Assembly (NCBI GenBank): GCA_964443875.1
Contig: CAYUET010000010.1
Span: forward strand, 11,046-75,045
From: an uncultured bacterium
GTDB lineage: Bacteria; Auribacterota; JAFGBW01
Reading direction: 5' to 3'
DNA length: 64,000 bases
The notes beneath the pieces were generated by a model that searched no databases, was not told the origin of the DNA, and saw only the letters and a program-made list of their open reading frames with translations. This document shows positions 39,845 to 49,545 of this stretch, in pieces; within the stretch, counting starts at the first letter, position 1, and each line of letters starts with the position of its first letter. The position numbers and the translations under genes are program-made.

Positions 39845-39961
39845 TCAGACGATTAATCCGGAAATGAGATTGAGTGCAACAATTCCTGTAAAGACAAGCC
39901 CGGCCTGGACAGCGCCGATAATCATTACGGATCCAAAGAAGTCGATGAGATTTCTGATCAT
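39845..39961 (-). CDS. Candidate 38 aa hydrophobic peptide (below the ORF-track cutoff)
   Basis: The reverse strand reads MIRNLIDFFGSVMIIGAVQAGLVFTGIVALNLISGLIV, a single TM helix. It sits immediately downstream of the extreme AT-rich tract. The SD is weak (AGAGAA). Confidence 0.3.
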   Translation of the reverse strand: MIRNLIDFFGSVMIIGAVQAGLVFTGIVALNLISGLIV

Positions 39962-39970
39962 GAGGGATTC

Positions 39971-40160
39971 TCTGTTTATATTGTTTTATTTAAGTATTAA
40001 AAAATTTACAAAAAAATACTGATAAAATGTAAATATGTCAAACATGATTTAATATAATTATTAAATATTTTAATAAATATATTAGAAATTTATTAAAATA
40101 AATACGATTTTATGTAAATTATTGTGTTTATAATTAATAAAAATATTAAATTAATTTTGT
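39971..40160. other. Extreme AT-rich intergenic tract (about 10 percent G+C by hand count, 19 G/C in 190 nt)
   Basis: This is a direct count. The tract contains the AT palindrome TTATTAAA-TAT-TTTAATAA (around 40059-40077) and many TAAAT/AATAT repeats. Confidence 0.8.
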
Positions 40161-40320
40161 TCATTCAGACAGAGGGTTGATGGGTATTTTGGGTCGGGAT
40201 TTCATATCCCTCTAGACTGCCGGATCTTAAATTATGTGTTTTCTAAAAAAGGGAATTTTTATGGGTGGAAAAATTCGGCTGAGATGTTCGCCGCATAAGT
40301 GCGGCCAAAATCAAGTTTCA

Positions 40321-41631
40321 TTAATACGGGTAAAAGATAAAAAAGAGCAGAGAAAGGACGAAGAGTGTCCAAAGGCCTGCATTCACTTCCCGGATTTTCC
40401 CTGAGAAGACTTTGAGCAGAGGGTAGATCACAAAACCGGCCAGAAGGCCGACGCCGATATTGTAGGTAAAACTCATAAGCCCTATTATCACCAAGGCAGG
40501 GATGGATTCGGAATAGTTGTCGAAATCAATTTTTGCAATGGGTTTGATCATGAAAATTCCTACGATAATCAGGGCAGGGCCATAGGCCTGCGGGGGAACG
40601 GAAGTCAGAAGCGGAGCAAAGAAAAGGCTCAACCCGAAAAGAAGGGCGACTACCAGTGCGGTAAGTCCGGTTCTTCCCCCTTCCTGAATTCCGGCGGCAG
40701 ATTCCACATACGTTCCGCTGGTTGTTGTCCCGACAAAAGCACTGAAAACACTGGTAAGGGAATCCGCAAGCATGGGTTTCCGGGCCTCGAAAAGATTCCC
40801 TTTTTCATCAATGAACGCGGCCTGGGCCGAACAGCCGATCAGCGTTCCCATCATGTCCAGAAAATCCATCAGGAACAGGGTCAGAAGAATGGGAAGCATC
40901 TGCCAGGTCAAAAGTGAAGCAAAATCCATTTTGCAGAAGATTTCAGAAATCGAGGGAGGAAGACTTAAGATTTTTTCCGGTGCGGGGGTAAGTTTGAAAA
41001 GAAAGGAAAGGAACGTTGTGGCAAGAATTCCGATCAGGAGAGCCCCTTTTATTTTTCGAACAATCAATATTGTGATCAATAAAAAACCGAAGACAGAGAG
41101 GAAGGTTGCTGGATTTGAGAGGTCGCCCACATGGACAGGAGCCCCCGGGACTCCAAGAGTAACAATACCGCTTTCATTCAGCCCTATGAAAGAAAGGAAA
41201 AGACCTATGCCCACGGCAATGGCATATTTAATTCCGGCAGGAATAGAATCCACCAGCCACTGGCGGAGACGGGTAATGGTTAAAAGGGTGACAAGCAGAC
41301 CGCTTACAAAGATAGCCGCCAGGGCAGTCTGCCAGGAGCAATGCAGGACCTTGCAGACTGTGAAGGCCACAAAGGCGTTTTCCCCCATGAGAGGAGCAAT
41401 GGCAAAAGGACGATTGGCATAAAACGCCATGATGAGTGTTCCGAAAATAACAGTGAGAATGGTAGCCACCATGCTTGGCCCCTTGGGGATTCCTGCAGCT
41501 TCAAGTATGGAAGGGTTTACGATAAGGATATAGGCCATGGTCAGAAAAGTGACGATTCCGGCCCTCACTTCTGTTTTGATATCTGTTCCAAAAAGTTTAA
41601 GCTTAAAGATATTTTCAAAAAATCCCTTCAT
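40321..41631 (-). CDS. NCS2 family purine permease (AzgA-like adenine/guanine/hypoxanthine)
   Basis: The N-terminus FKLKLFGTDIKTEVRAGIVTFLTMAYILIVNPSIL is the AzgA-clade signature, and there are more than 12 TM segments. Confidence 0.85.
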   Translation of the reverse strand: MKGFFENIFKLKLFGTDIKTEVRAGIVTFLTMAYILIVNPSILEAAGIPKGPSMVATILTVIFGTLIMAFYANRPFAIAPLMGENAFVAFTVCKVLHCSWQTALAAIFVSGLLVTLLTITRLRQWLVDSIPAGIKYAIAVGIGLFLSFIGLNESGIVTLGVPGAPVHVGDLSNPATFLSVFGFLLITILIVRKIKGALLIGILATTFLSFLFKLTPAPEKILSLPPSISEIFCKMDFASLLTWQMLPILLTLFLMDFLDMMGTLIGCSAQAAFIDEKGNLFEARKPMLADSLTSVFSAFVGTTTSGTYVESAAGIQEGGRTGLTALVVALLFGLSLFFAPLLTSVPPQAYGPALIIVGIFMIKPIAKIDFDNYSESIPALVIIGLMSFTYNIGVGLLAGFVIYPLLKVFSGKIREVNAGLWTLFVLSLLFFIFYPY

Positions 41632-41794
41632 GAGCCCAATCCTGTTTTGAAGCTTTGTAAGCCTATACTAAAAATTGTTAAGGAAATCACCAGGAATATT
41701 GTTTAAAGATTCTTTACCGGGTAATGAATAATATTTATAATTCAGTCATTGTAAATAAATGAAATGCCTTAAATAAAACAAGGAAGGAACAAGG

Positions 41795-42622
41795 ATGAAA
41801 CGGATAAACTCCTTAAATCTTATTATTTTTCTTTTTATCACTTCTTTGGCCTGGGCAAAGCAGGTTCCTCCGCTTTTGATTTCTCAGGATAAAATTAAAA
41901 AGATTTTTGGAAGAACTGAAGGCTCTTTTGTCATTATAACGCGCTCCACAGGCGCCATGATCTGTTTCAATCCCAAAGGATGCCTAGAAAAACTCCCCCC
42001 TTTTTCCACCTTTAAAATCTGGAATACGCTTTTTGGAATTGAAACCGGCATAATCACCTCTGTTGATGATTCTTTTTACAAATGGGATGGGAAAACCCGT
42101 TTTATTCCTGAATGGAATAAAGATCTTACCCTGAGGGAAGCCTTCAAAGTTTCCTGTGTGCCGGCCTTTCAGGAGCTTGCCCGTAAGATCGGAAAAGACA
42201 AGATGCAGCTGTGGATAGGAAAAATTCACTATGGGAATTGTGATATTTCTTTGGGGACCGATCGTTTCTGGCTTCCCAAGGCAGGAGAAAAATCCATCCG
42301 GATTACGCCTTTGGAGCAGGCAGAACTGCTTTTAAGCCTTGTTTCCAAAAAATTGCCCATTTCTTCAAAAGCCCTGGAAATGCTTGAATCGATCATGCAG
42401 GTCGATGAAGAGGAGTTTGACTCTCTTTACGGGAAAACCGGCACAGGAGTGGATGAAAATGAAAAGCCAGATCTGGGCTGGTTTGTGGGGTATTTGAAAT
42501 TAAACCGTGAGATTCATGCTTTTGCCTGTGTGGTGAAAGGCCCGGGGCTGATGGGGAAGGATGCCCGCGCTGTGGTGGAAACCATTTTCAAGAATTCGAT
42601 TTCAGGGTATGATAATTATTAA
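41795..42622 (+). CDS. Class D (OXA-type) beta-lactamase / BlaR-sensor-like penicillin-binding domain, secreted
   Basis: A signal peptide is present. The STFK, SCV (SxV), YGN, FWL and KTG motifs occur in canonical order and spacing. Confidence 0.8.
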   Translation: MKRINSLNLIIFLFITSLAWAKQVPPLLISQDKIKKIFGRTEGSFVIITRSTGAMICFNPKGCLEKLPPFSTFKIWNTLFGIETGIITSVDDSFYKWDGKTRFIPEWNKDLTLREAFKVSCVPAFQELARKIGKDKMQLWIGKIHYGNCDISLGTDRFWLPKAGEKSIRITPLEQAELLLSLVSKKLPISSKALEMLESIMQVDEEEFDSLYGKTGTGVDENEKPDLGWFVGYLKLNREIHAFACVVKGPGLMGKDARAVVETIFKNSISGYDNY

Positions 42623-42655
42623 AAAACGGGTAATCAATTTTTTAAAAGGATGGGT

Positions 42656-43072
42656 ATGAAAAAATCAATATTCTTTTTTTCCCTTATATTTTTCCTCTCC
42701 TTCAGTGTTTTTTCTGAATATGATAAAGAGGTTTTGATTGAACCTGTTCTGAAAACAGACAGGACCTCCATTGGACAGGAAATCAATTACCCTGATTTTA
42801 AAGATGAAGAAGTAAGCATTTTGAAAGTCACCCTTCCTTCGGGAAAAGCCACAGGCTGGCATAAACATGCTTTTCCTGTTTTTGCCTATGTCTTAAAAGG
42901 AAATCTCACGATTGAACTGGAGGGAAATAAAACCCTTGAGTTTCCACAGAATTCTTCTTTTGCAGAAGTGATTGACACTTTTCATAATGGAAAAAATAAT
43001 GGAAAAGAAGATGTGGTTTTAATCGCCTTTTTCATGGGTGAAAAAAACAAGCCCTTGTCTGTAAAGAAATAG
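42656..43072 (+). CDS. Secreted cupin-domain protein
   Basis: A signal peptide is present, and G.HKH...FHNG is a cupin-like His pattern. The track start is 42650. Confidence 0.55.
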   Translation: MKKSIFFFSLIFFLSFSVFSEYDKEVLIEPVLKTDRTSIGQEINYPDFKDEEVSILKVTLPSGKATGWHKHAFPVFAYVLKGNLTIELEGNKTLEFPQNSSFAEVIDTFHNGKNNGKEDVVLIAFFMGEKNKPLSVKK

Positions 43073-43252
43073 CTCATGCCCTACTATTAAAGCGTCTCAA
43101 GGGAGTTGGGACAATGTGATTATTCCTTTTTCTTCGGTGCTTTTGTTTTTTAAAAGAACGAGGCTGCCGATTTTTAATTTTGATTGCCTCTCTTGTTAGA
43201 AGTAATTATTTTTTATAGAGCTAATATTTACAAATTAAACAAGGCTGAATTT

Positions 43253-43882
43253 ATGCGAGTATTGAAAAATCTTTTTGAACAGAATCGAAAATGGGCTGAG
43301 AACATAACAAAAACAGACCCTGATTTTTTTTTAACACTCTCCAGACAGCAGTCTCCTGAATACCTTTGGATTGGCTGTTCGGACAGCCGTGTCCCTGCAA
43401 ACGAAATTGTAGGGCTTCTTCCGGGTGAGCTGTTTGTGCATCGGAACGTGGGTAATCTTGTCATTCATTCTGATCTTAACTGTCTTTCTGTGATTCAATA
43501 CGCTGTTGAAATTTTAAAGGTAAAACACATTATCGTTTGCGGACATTACGGTTGTGGGGGTATTAAGGCGGCCATGGACAGCAGGGAGCATGGATTAATC
43601 GATAACTGGATACGCAATATTAAGGATCTTTATCTCCTGAATCAGGATAGAATTGATTCACTTCAAAATGAAAATGAAAAAAGTGATTTATTATGCGAAC
43701 TGAATGTCATTGAGCAGGTCGCCAATGTCTCCCATTCAACTATTGTTCAGAACGCATGGAAATCCGGACAGAAACTGACCATTCACGGCTGGGTCTATGG
43801 TATTGAAAATGGCATATTGAAGGATTTAAAGGTCTGTATTTCAAGCCCGGAAGAAATATCCCCAACACACAGAATAAAATGA
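43253..43882 (+). CDS. can: Beta-class carbonic anhydrase
   Basis: CSDSRV, HRNVGN and VCGHYGCGG motifs are present. The start MRVLKNLFEQNRKWA (ATG 43253) is preferred over the track start 43184. Confidence 0.9.
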   Translation: MRVLKNLFEQNRKWAENITKTDPDFFLTLSRQQSPEYLWIGCSDSRVPANEIVGLLPGELFVHRNVGNLVIHSDLNCLSVIQYAVEILKVKHIIVCGHYGCGGIKAAMDSREHGLIDNWIRNIKDLYLLNQDRIDSLQNENEKSDLLCELNVIEQVANVSHSTIVQNAWKSGQKLTIHGWVYGIENGILKDLKVCISSPEEISPTHRIK

Positions 43883-43989
43883 CTCACTCCTTAAGCCATT
43901 GGCATTGCCCCGGGATCAGACTAATCAAGCATTCTTGATATAAGACGGCGTTTTATTGTATAGGTTTTCATTTCTATGACATTCAATGA

Positions 43990-46900
43990 TCAGGTTAATT
44001 TTTTTCTCATCATCATATAGTAAATGACGGGAACAGCGGTTCTGGATAAAAGGGTTGAGGCAATTTCCCCGGCCATCAGCGCCACGGCAAGCCCCTGAAA
44101 TATGGGATCAAAGAGAATCACAAGAGAGCCGACCACTACTGCGGAGGCAGTTAAAAGCATGGGTCTGAAACGTGTGGCCCCGGCATCAATGACAGCCTCC
44201 TCCAAAGGCATTCCCTGGGAAATCCGGAGTTCGATGAAATCCACCAGAATAATCGCATTCCTGACAACAATCCCGGCGCCGGCGATCAGTCCTATCATGG
44301 ATGTGGCGGTAAAGAAAATGCCTGAGAGCCAGTGGGCCGGAAGGATACCCACAAGGGAAAGCGGAATCGGAAGCATAACGATGAAAGGCGTTTTAAAGGA
44401 CTGGAACCATCCGACAACCAGAATGTAGATAAGAATAAGAACAATTCCAAAGGCAATGCCCAAATCCCTGAAGACCTCATAGGTGATCTGCCATTCCCCA
44501 TCCCACTTGATGGAGTATTCCTCCGAAGAAAAGGGCTGATCCGTAAAATTCTGATTTAAAATGACCTGATTATTGCTGCCCGGGACAGCCAGTTTTGAAA
44601 TTTCATTTTTGAGATTTAAAATCGCATAGGTGGGGGAGGCTATGTCTCCGGTAACATCTGCCACAATATAATCCACCTGCATGAGATTTTTATGATAAAC
44701 CGTTTTTTCTAAAGCCCTGTTTTCTTTTGTGGTCAAATCCTTCAGGGGAATGCCATTGCCGAATCGGGATAAAAGATGAATATTATCAATTGCTTTTTCA
44801 TCTGTTCTTTTGTTTTTTGGAAGTCTGACAAGGATATCGACGGGTTCCTGTTCTCCTGAAATCCTTGCCAGATCCACAACAGAACCTTTAAGGGCGGTAT
44901 CAATCGTTTTGGCAATGGTTGTGTTGTCAATTCCGTTGAGGGAGGCTTTTTCAGTATGGATATTATAACGGAGTAATTTTTGTTCAGCATCTACAAAGGT
45001 ATTGATATCCGTGATGCCAGGGGTTTTTGACAAAAGGGCTTCAACTTTTTCTGCAAGCGCATGGCGGCCCTCGTCAGTGGGGCCGTAAATTTCAATGACC
45101 AGGGTTGAAAGCACAGGGGGCCCCGGAGGGACTTCTGCCACCTGGACATGGCCCCCGGCCTTTTCCACTATTTGATGGATTTCCGGCCTTACGGATTCAG
45201 CAATGTCGTGGCTTTGGCGTTTCCTTTTCTTTTTGTCGACGAGATTGACCTGCAGGTCTCCCTGATGGGGGAGGGACCGTAAAAAATAGTGACGCACAAG
45301 CCCATTGAAATTATAAGGGCTGCTTGTCCCTGCATACAGTTCAATATCGCTGATTTCCTTTACAGATACAAGATAGGCGGCAATCTCTTCCAGGACTTTG
45401 TTGGTCTTCTCAAAGGTTGTTCCCCGGGGCATGTCGACAATAACCTGAAAATCATTTTTATTGTCAAACGGCAGCATTTTTAAAAGCACTTTTTTAAAAG
45501 GGATTAAGGCTATGGATACGCCCAGCAGCAGGAAGAGCCCTAAAATAAATAATTTTCTGGCAAAAGGCTTGTTGATCAAAGGGTTCATGTAGAATCTGTA
45601 AAAACGGGTAAGAACGTCTTCACGCTGATCTTCAGCATGTTTTTTCAGCTTTGCATGGGTGTGCGCAAAGCCTAAAATTTTATTTGATGCCCAGGGGGTG
45701 ACGATGAAGGAAACAATCATGGAAATAAGCATTGCCGTGCTTGCTCCAACAGGAATCGGCATCATATAGGGGCCCATCAGACCTCTTACAAAAGCCATGG
45801 GAAGAATGGAGGCAATTACGGCCAGTGTAGCAAGGATCAGGGGTTTGCCGACTTCCAGCACGGCTTCAATCGTAACATCGAGAAATTTTTTTTTGCCGGA
45901 AGAGGCAAGTCTTAAATGGCGTACGATGTTTTCAACGCCTACAATCGGGTCATCGACAAGAATCCCGATTGAAAAAATCAGTGCAAAAAGTGTTATCCGG
46001 TTGAGGGTGAAGCCCAGAGAATAAAACACCGCAAGGGTCAGAGCAAGGGTAACCGGGATGGCGATGGCCACGATGGCGGATTCGTAAATCCCCAGGGCAA
46101 AGGCGATCAGGAGGCTCACTCCGATAACAGCGATTGCCGTATGCAGGAGAAGCTCATTGGATTTCTCCGTGGCGGTTTCGCCGTAGTTACGGGTGACCTT
46201 AACAAAAATATCCTTTGGGATTTTTGATTTTTTAAGTTCGGAGAGCTTTTCAATCACCTTATCGCAGGTCACAGAGGCATTGGTTCCCTTTCTTTTGGAA
46301 ACGGTCAGGGTGACTGCGGGGAAGGGTCCTTTTTCAATATCCCTGGATTCCTCCCCGAAACGGATATTGACAAGCTGTTTTTTTTCATCAGGGCCGTCAA
46401 TGATGGCCGCAACATCTTTTAAATAGACACTTTTTCCCATGCTTATTCCAACAACCAGATTTTCAAGGTCTGTTTTTGAGTTGAAGAAAGAATTGGGTTC
46501 CACCTTGATCATCTGATCCGGATTTTCGAGATGACATGCCGGTATTCTGATGTTGGCATTCTTTATAAGTTTTGCAAGTTCCATCGGGGACAAAAGTCTT
46601 TGTTTTAATTTTTCTTCATCAAAAAAGACCTGAAATTCACGTCTCCTCCCTCCGATGAGGGTTGTTTCAGAAAGATTCGGAATACTGTTGATTTCCTGTC
46701 TTACCTCTGCGGCGCATTTTCTGATTTCCAGTGCATTTTTGTTCGGACTGTAAAAGGTAAGACTTAAAACCGGCACATCATCAATAGACCTGACTTTGAT
46801 CATGGGCTGTGACACTCCCTGGGGAAGCCAGTCAAGGTTGGAATAAACCTTGGTGTAAAGTTTAATGAGACTTTTTTCAGAATCTTCGCCAACCTTAAAA

Positions 46901-47208
46901 CGGATAATGATCAGGGCCTGATGGGATTCTATCGTCGAATAAATGTATTCAACCCCTGGGATTTCCCATAATTTTCTTTCCCCCAGATTCACGACCTGTT
47001 TTTCAATCTCCTCAGGCGTTGCGCCTGGAAAGGATACAAATACGTCAAACATGGGTACTGAAATCTGAGGTTCTTCCTCCCGGGGTATATTGATTACTGA
47101 AATAATGCCTATAAAGAGAGAAAGGAAGATGATGAGCGGTGTCAGTTTGGAATTGCTGAAATATGCCACAAACGAGGAAAGGAAACCGTTATGAGAGGTG
47201 TTGTTCAT
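43990..47208 (-). CDS. RND efflux transporter permease (AcrB/HAE family)
   Basis: The 1072 aa product has 12-TM topology with two large loops and the conserved VDDPIVGVENI region. Confidence 0.9.
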   Translation of the reverse strand: MNNTSHNGFLSSFVAYFSNSKLTPLIIFLSLFIGIISVINIPREEEPQISVPMFDVFVSFPGATPEEIEKQVVNLGERKLWEIPGVEYIYSTIESHQALIIIRFKVGEDSEKSLIKLYTKVYSNLDWLPQGVSQPMIKVRSIDDVPVLSLTFYSPNKNALEIRKCAAEVRQEINSIPNLSETTLIGGRRREFQVFFDEEKLKQRLLSPMELAKLIKNANIRIPACHLENPDQMIKVEPNSFFNSKTDLENLVVGISMGKSVYLKDVAAIIDGPDEKKQLVNIRFGEESRDIEKGPFPAVTLTVSKRKGTNASVTCDKVIEKLSELKKSKIPKDIFVKVTRNYGETATEKSNELLLHTAIAVIGVSLLIAFALGIYESAIVAIAIPVTLALTLAVFYSLGFTLNRITLFALIFSIGILVDDPIVGVENIVRHLRLASSGKKKFLDVTIEAVLEVGKPLILATLAVIASILPMAFVRGLMGPYMMPIPVGASTAMLISMIVSFIVTPWASNKILGFAHTHAKLKKHAEDQREDVLTRFYRFYMNPLINKPFARKLFILGLFLLLGVSIALIPFKKVLLKMLPFDNKNDFQVIVDMPRGTTFEKTNKVLEEIAAYLVSVKEISDIELYAGTSSPYNFNGLVRHYFLRSLPHQGDLQVNLVDKKKRKRQSHDIAESVRPEIHQIVEKAGGHVQVAEVPPGPPVLSTLVIEIYGPTDEGRHALAEKVEALLSKTPGITDINTFVDAEQKLLRYNIHTEKASLNGIDNTTIAKTIDTALKGSVVDLARISGEQEPVDILVRLPKNKRTDEKAIDNIHLLSRFGNGIPLKDLTTKENRALEKTVYHKNLMQVDYIVADVTGDIASPTYAILNLKNEISKLAVPGSNNQVILNQNFTDQPFSSEEYSIKWDGEWQITYEVFRDLGIAFGIVLILIYILVVGWFQSFKTPFIVMLPIPLSLVGILPAHWLSGIFFTATSMIGLIAGAGIVVRNAIILVDFIELRISQGMPLEEAVIDAGATRFRPMLLTASAVVVGSLVILFDPIFQGLAVALMAGEIASTLLSRTAVPVIYYMMMRKKLT

Positions 47209-48593
47209 TAGCGATCCTCCGTAAGGTTAGCGGACAATTGATGGATATGATTTTCATCAAGGAGTCCTGCCAGAAATAGAAGATTTATTGCCAGGGACTC
47301 GGCTGAGAAAAGGTTTTTGAAATAAGCGGTTTCTGAATTCAAATTCACGAAACGCATTTCAAGAAGATCAGCAATTGATTTTTTTCCTTCGCTGTACAGG
47401 GGTTCAAGAAGGTTTAAGGATTCCTTTGAGTCAAGAAGGGACTGATGTGAAATTTTAAGATTTTTGGAAAGTGTTTTATGTTCTTCATAAACCTCATAAA
47501 TTTTTTTCAGAATGGCATCTTTTAAGATCATTTCATCATTTTTCAGTTCTTCAAGATTTATTTCCAATTTGCGGTTTCTTGAAACATACGAAGGATCGAA
47601 TAAATCAAGGGAGCCTTTGATCCCCGCCGTGTAGTTATGACCGCTTCCATTGAAGTTTTCGGTATCGGCCTCAGCCGAGGCAAAGGCAGAAACTCTGGGG
47701 AGTCTGCCTGATTTTTCCTTTTCCATTTCTGATTCTTTGGCTTTGATTGCAAAACGCAGTGCAATTAAATCCGGTCTCATTTCCATACAGCGATCCAGGA
47801 TCACTTCAAAATCAGGCAGTGCCGTTGACGGTTTATCAAGCACACCTTTTGAAGTCCCGGGGGTTTTGGGATTTTTACCCATCAGAATATTGAAAACGGC
47901 ATTTGAGGTTTTAACTTGAGATTGGGATTGATTCAGCATCTGTTCGATGTTCGAGAGCATTACCTTTGCAGCATAAAAATCAGCGCCTAATATTATTCCC
48001 TTTTGTTTCAATTCATCCGCCTGTCTCATATCTGCAAGGGCGGCTTCAAGAGTCTTTTCTGCAGTCCGGGATACTTTTCGGCTCAAAAGGGTCTGAAGGA
48101 AGGCATCCGTGCTGATGGCTAAAATCTGCTGTTTTATCCGTTTTTCTGAATTTATTGAAGATTCTGTCCAATGTTCCGCAGAATTTATGGAATACTTGGT
48201 CTGGTAGGCGTTAAAAAGGGAGAGTTCAGCATAGAAAGTCATATTCAGATTGTTGACAGGATCAGGTTCATTCAGACTTTTAAGTTCAAAATTATTTTGT
48301 GTGAATTTGTTTTGTCTCAGAAGCGTTCCAAAAACAGTAACAGGATCATTTGAATGGATATAAGAAGCATTAACCATGACTTTGGGTAATGCATAAGAAG
48401 ATGCAAGTTTTTTTAATTCCATATTTTCATTGGATAACGACTCCTGTTTTTTTAGCAGCGGATAGTATTTCAAAACGTGATGATAATAAGAAATAAGAGA
48501 CAGGGGTTGCGTTGTATCTGTATTTTCCTCTGCAGGAAGAGGCGGTATTAAAATCAAAAAAGACAAAACCGTCATGGTTAAGATTATTTTCAT
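47208..48593 (-). CDS. TolC-like outer membrane efflux protein
   Basis: Signal peptide MKIILTMTVLSFLILIPPLPA (ATG 48593). The protein shows a duplicated OEP helical repeat pattern. It has a TAATG overlap with the RND start. Confidence 0.75.
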   Translation of the reverse strand: MKIILTMTVLSFLILIPPLPAEENTDTTQPLSLISYYHHVLKYYPLLKKQESLSNENMELKKLASSYALPKVMVNASYIHSNDPVTVFGTLLRQNKFTQNNFELKSLNEPDPVNNLNMTFYAELSLFNAYQTKYSINSAEHWTESSINSEKRIKQQILAISTDAFLQTLLSRKVSRTAEKTLEAALADMRQADELKQKGIILGADFYAAKVMLSNIEQMLNQSQSQVKTSNAVFNILMGKNPKTPGTSKGVLDKPSTALPDFEVILDRCMEMRPDLIALRFAIKAKESEMEKEKSGRLPRVSAFASAEADTENFNGSGHNYTAGIKGSLDLFDPSYVSRNRKLEINLEELKNDEMILKDAILKKIYEVYEEHKTLSKNLKISHQSLLDSKESLNLLEPLYSEGKKSIADLLEMRFVNLNSETAYFKNLFSAESLAINLLFLAGLLDENHIHQLSANLTEDR

Positions 48594-48616
48594 CTGCTCT
48601 TTCCCTTGTGATAAAG

Positions 48617-48799
48617 TTAGCGGAGCCCCAGTTTTTTTAAAAAATACATCAGGGGACACCAGTTTGTGAATGCGGATTGAAATAAATTGAGTCCTATGAA
48701 AGCACAGAACCACAGCCAATATGGACTTATATAATGCGCAAGAAGCAAGCTGATCAGCAGAAATAGTCCTGCTATTCCTCTTAATATTCTTTCAATCAT
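48617..48799 (-). CDS. DUF2892 (YgaP-like) small membrane protein
   Basis: The 60 aa product has R..G...L......W.....G.NL.QSAFT.WCP, the family pattern. Confidence 0.6.
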   Translation of the reverse strand: MIERILRGIAGLFLLISLLLAHYISPYWLWFCAFIGLNLFQSAFTNWCPLMYFLKKLGLR

Positions 48800-49517
48800 A
48801 TAACGCTCCTGTCCTTCAGAAATTAATTTATGATTATATTATCGTTAAATGTTGTTTTATTATTTCTTAATGGGGTCATCTTAACAGGCAGGGTGTTTTT
48901 TTTCAGTCGACTGAATGCGTGAAGAACATTTAGTTTAAATCTTTATCTGTTTTAGCAACGACAATAATTAAAAAATTTTTGAGAAGCAAAGATTTTCTAT
49001 CTGAATAATAAGTATAACTGAGTTATTTTAACATGGACAGTATAGGGAATCAATATATTAACTTTAACCCGCATATTGCATGAAAAATCAGAAGAAATTC
49101 ATCTGAACCCTGATAAATCAATCCTTCCAGCCTCGCTATTGACTTCAACCTTTGGGTACAAATTGTACCCAATCCTGTATTCAGGCAAAAAAACAACCTT
49201 TTGTCTGCGCAAGCCTGTTTTGAACGGGTCAAACAGGCATTGCATCCCCGAATATTTGTCGCTTACGCGCAAAATTCGGGTTAATCTCTATGGGTTGAAT
49301 TCTGTGCAGTATTATGCGGTTTGTCATTTTCGAGCAGTAGCAAGAAATTTAGATTCCTTACATTTGTTCGGAATGCCTTTAGATACCTCCCAGATGGCTG
49401 TCGGGTTGTTCATTACTTCTCCTTTAAGGAGTCTTATCATGAATAAAAATTCAGAATAATTCAGGATGGATTGTGTTGATGGAGCGAATTTTCAATAAAT
49501 TTTTGTAAAAAAAATTA

Positions 49518-49545
49518 TTGACTACCTTTAGGTTTTACAATAATC
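49518..49545 (+). promoter_or_regulatory. Candidate sigma-70 promoter for metY (TTGACT-16 nt-ATAATC)
   Basis: -35 is at 49518-23 and -10 at 49540-45, about 55 nt upstream of the ATG. Confidence 0.35.

Noticed and set aside
39552-40022. Track ORFs in non-coding or antisense context: 39552-40022 (156 aa), 49076-49459 (127 aa), 49050-49232 (60 aa) and 35839-36201 (120 aa).
   Set aside because: These have no motifs, unusual composition and no SD. Each overlaps better-supported genes or AT-rich or hairpin-rich DNA.
39971-40160. The AT-rich tract as a chromosomal replication origin.
   Set aside because: No DnaA boxes (TTATCCACA or close variants) are in or around it. No dnaA, dnaN or gidA genes are nearby. 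The flanking genes are accessory-type.
41632-41794. Possible purine riboswitch upstream of the NCS2 purine permease.
   Set aside because: The minus-strand leader lacks the TATAAT...GATATGG...GTTTCTACC...CCGTAAAT-type core of guanine/adenine riboswitches.
49247-49280. Possible dispersed repeat. The reverse complement of this hairpin shares ACCCGAATTTTGC...ATTCGGGG with the hairpin at 56376-56409, just after the NtrC-type gene.
   Set aside because: The shared exact match is only 13 nt plus the self-complementary arm. Matches of that length are expected by chance many times in 64 kb of AT-biased sequence, and the loops differ. Revisit only if a genome-wide BLASTN finds more copies.
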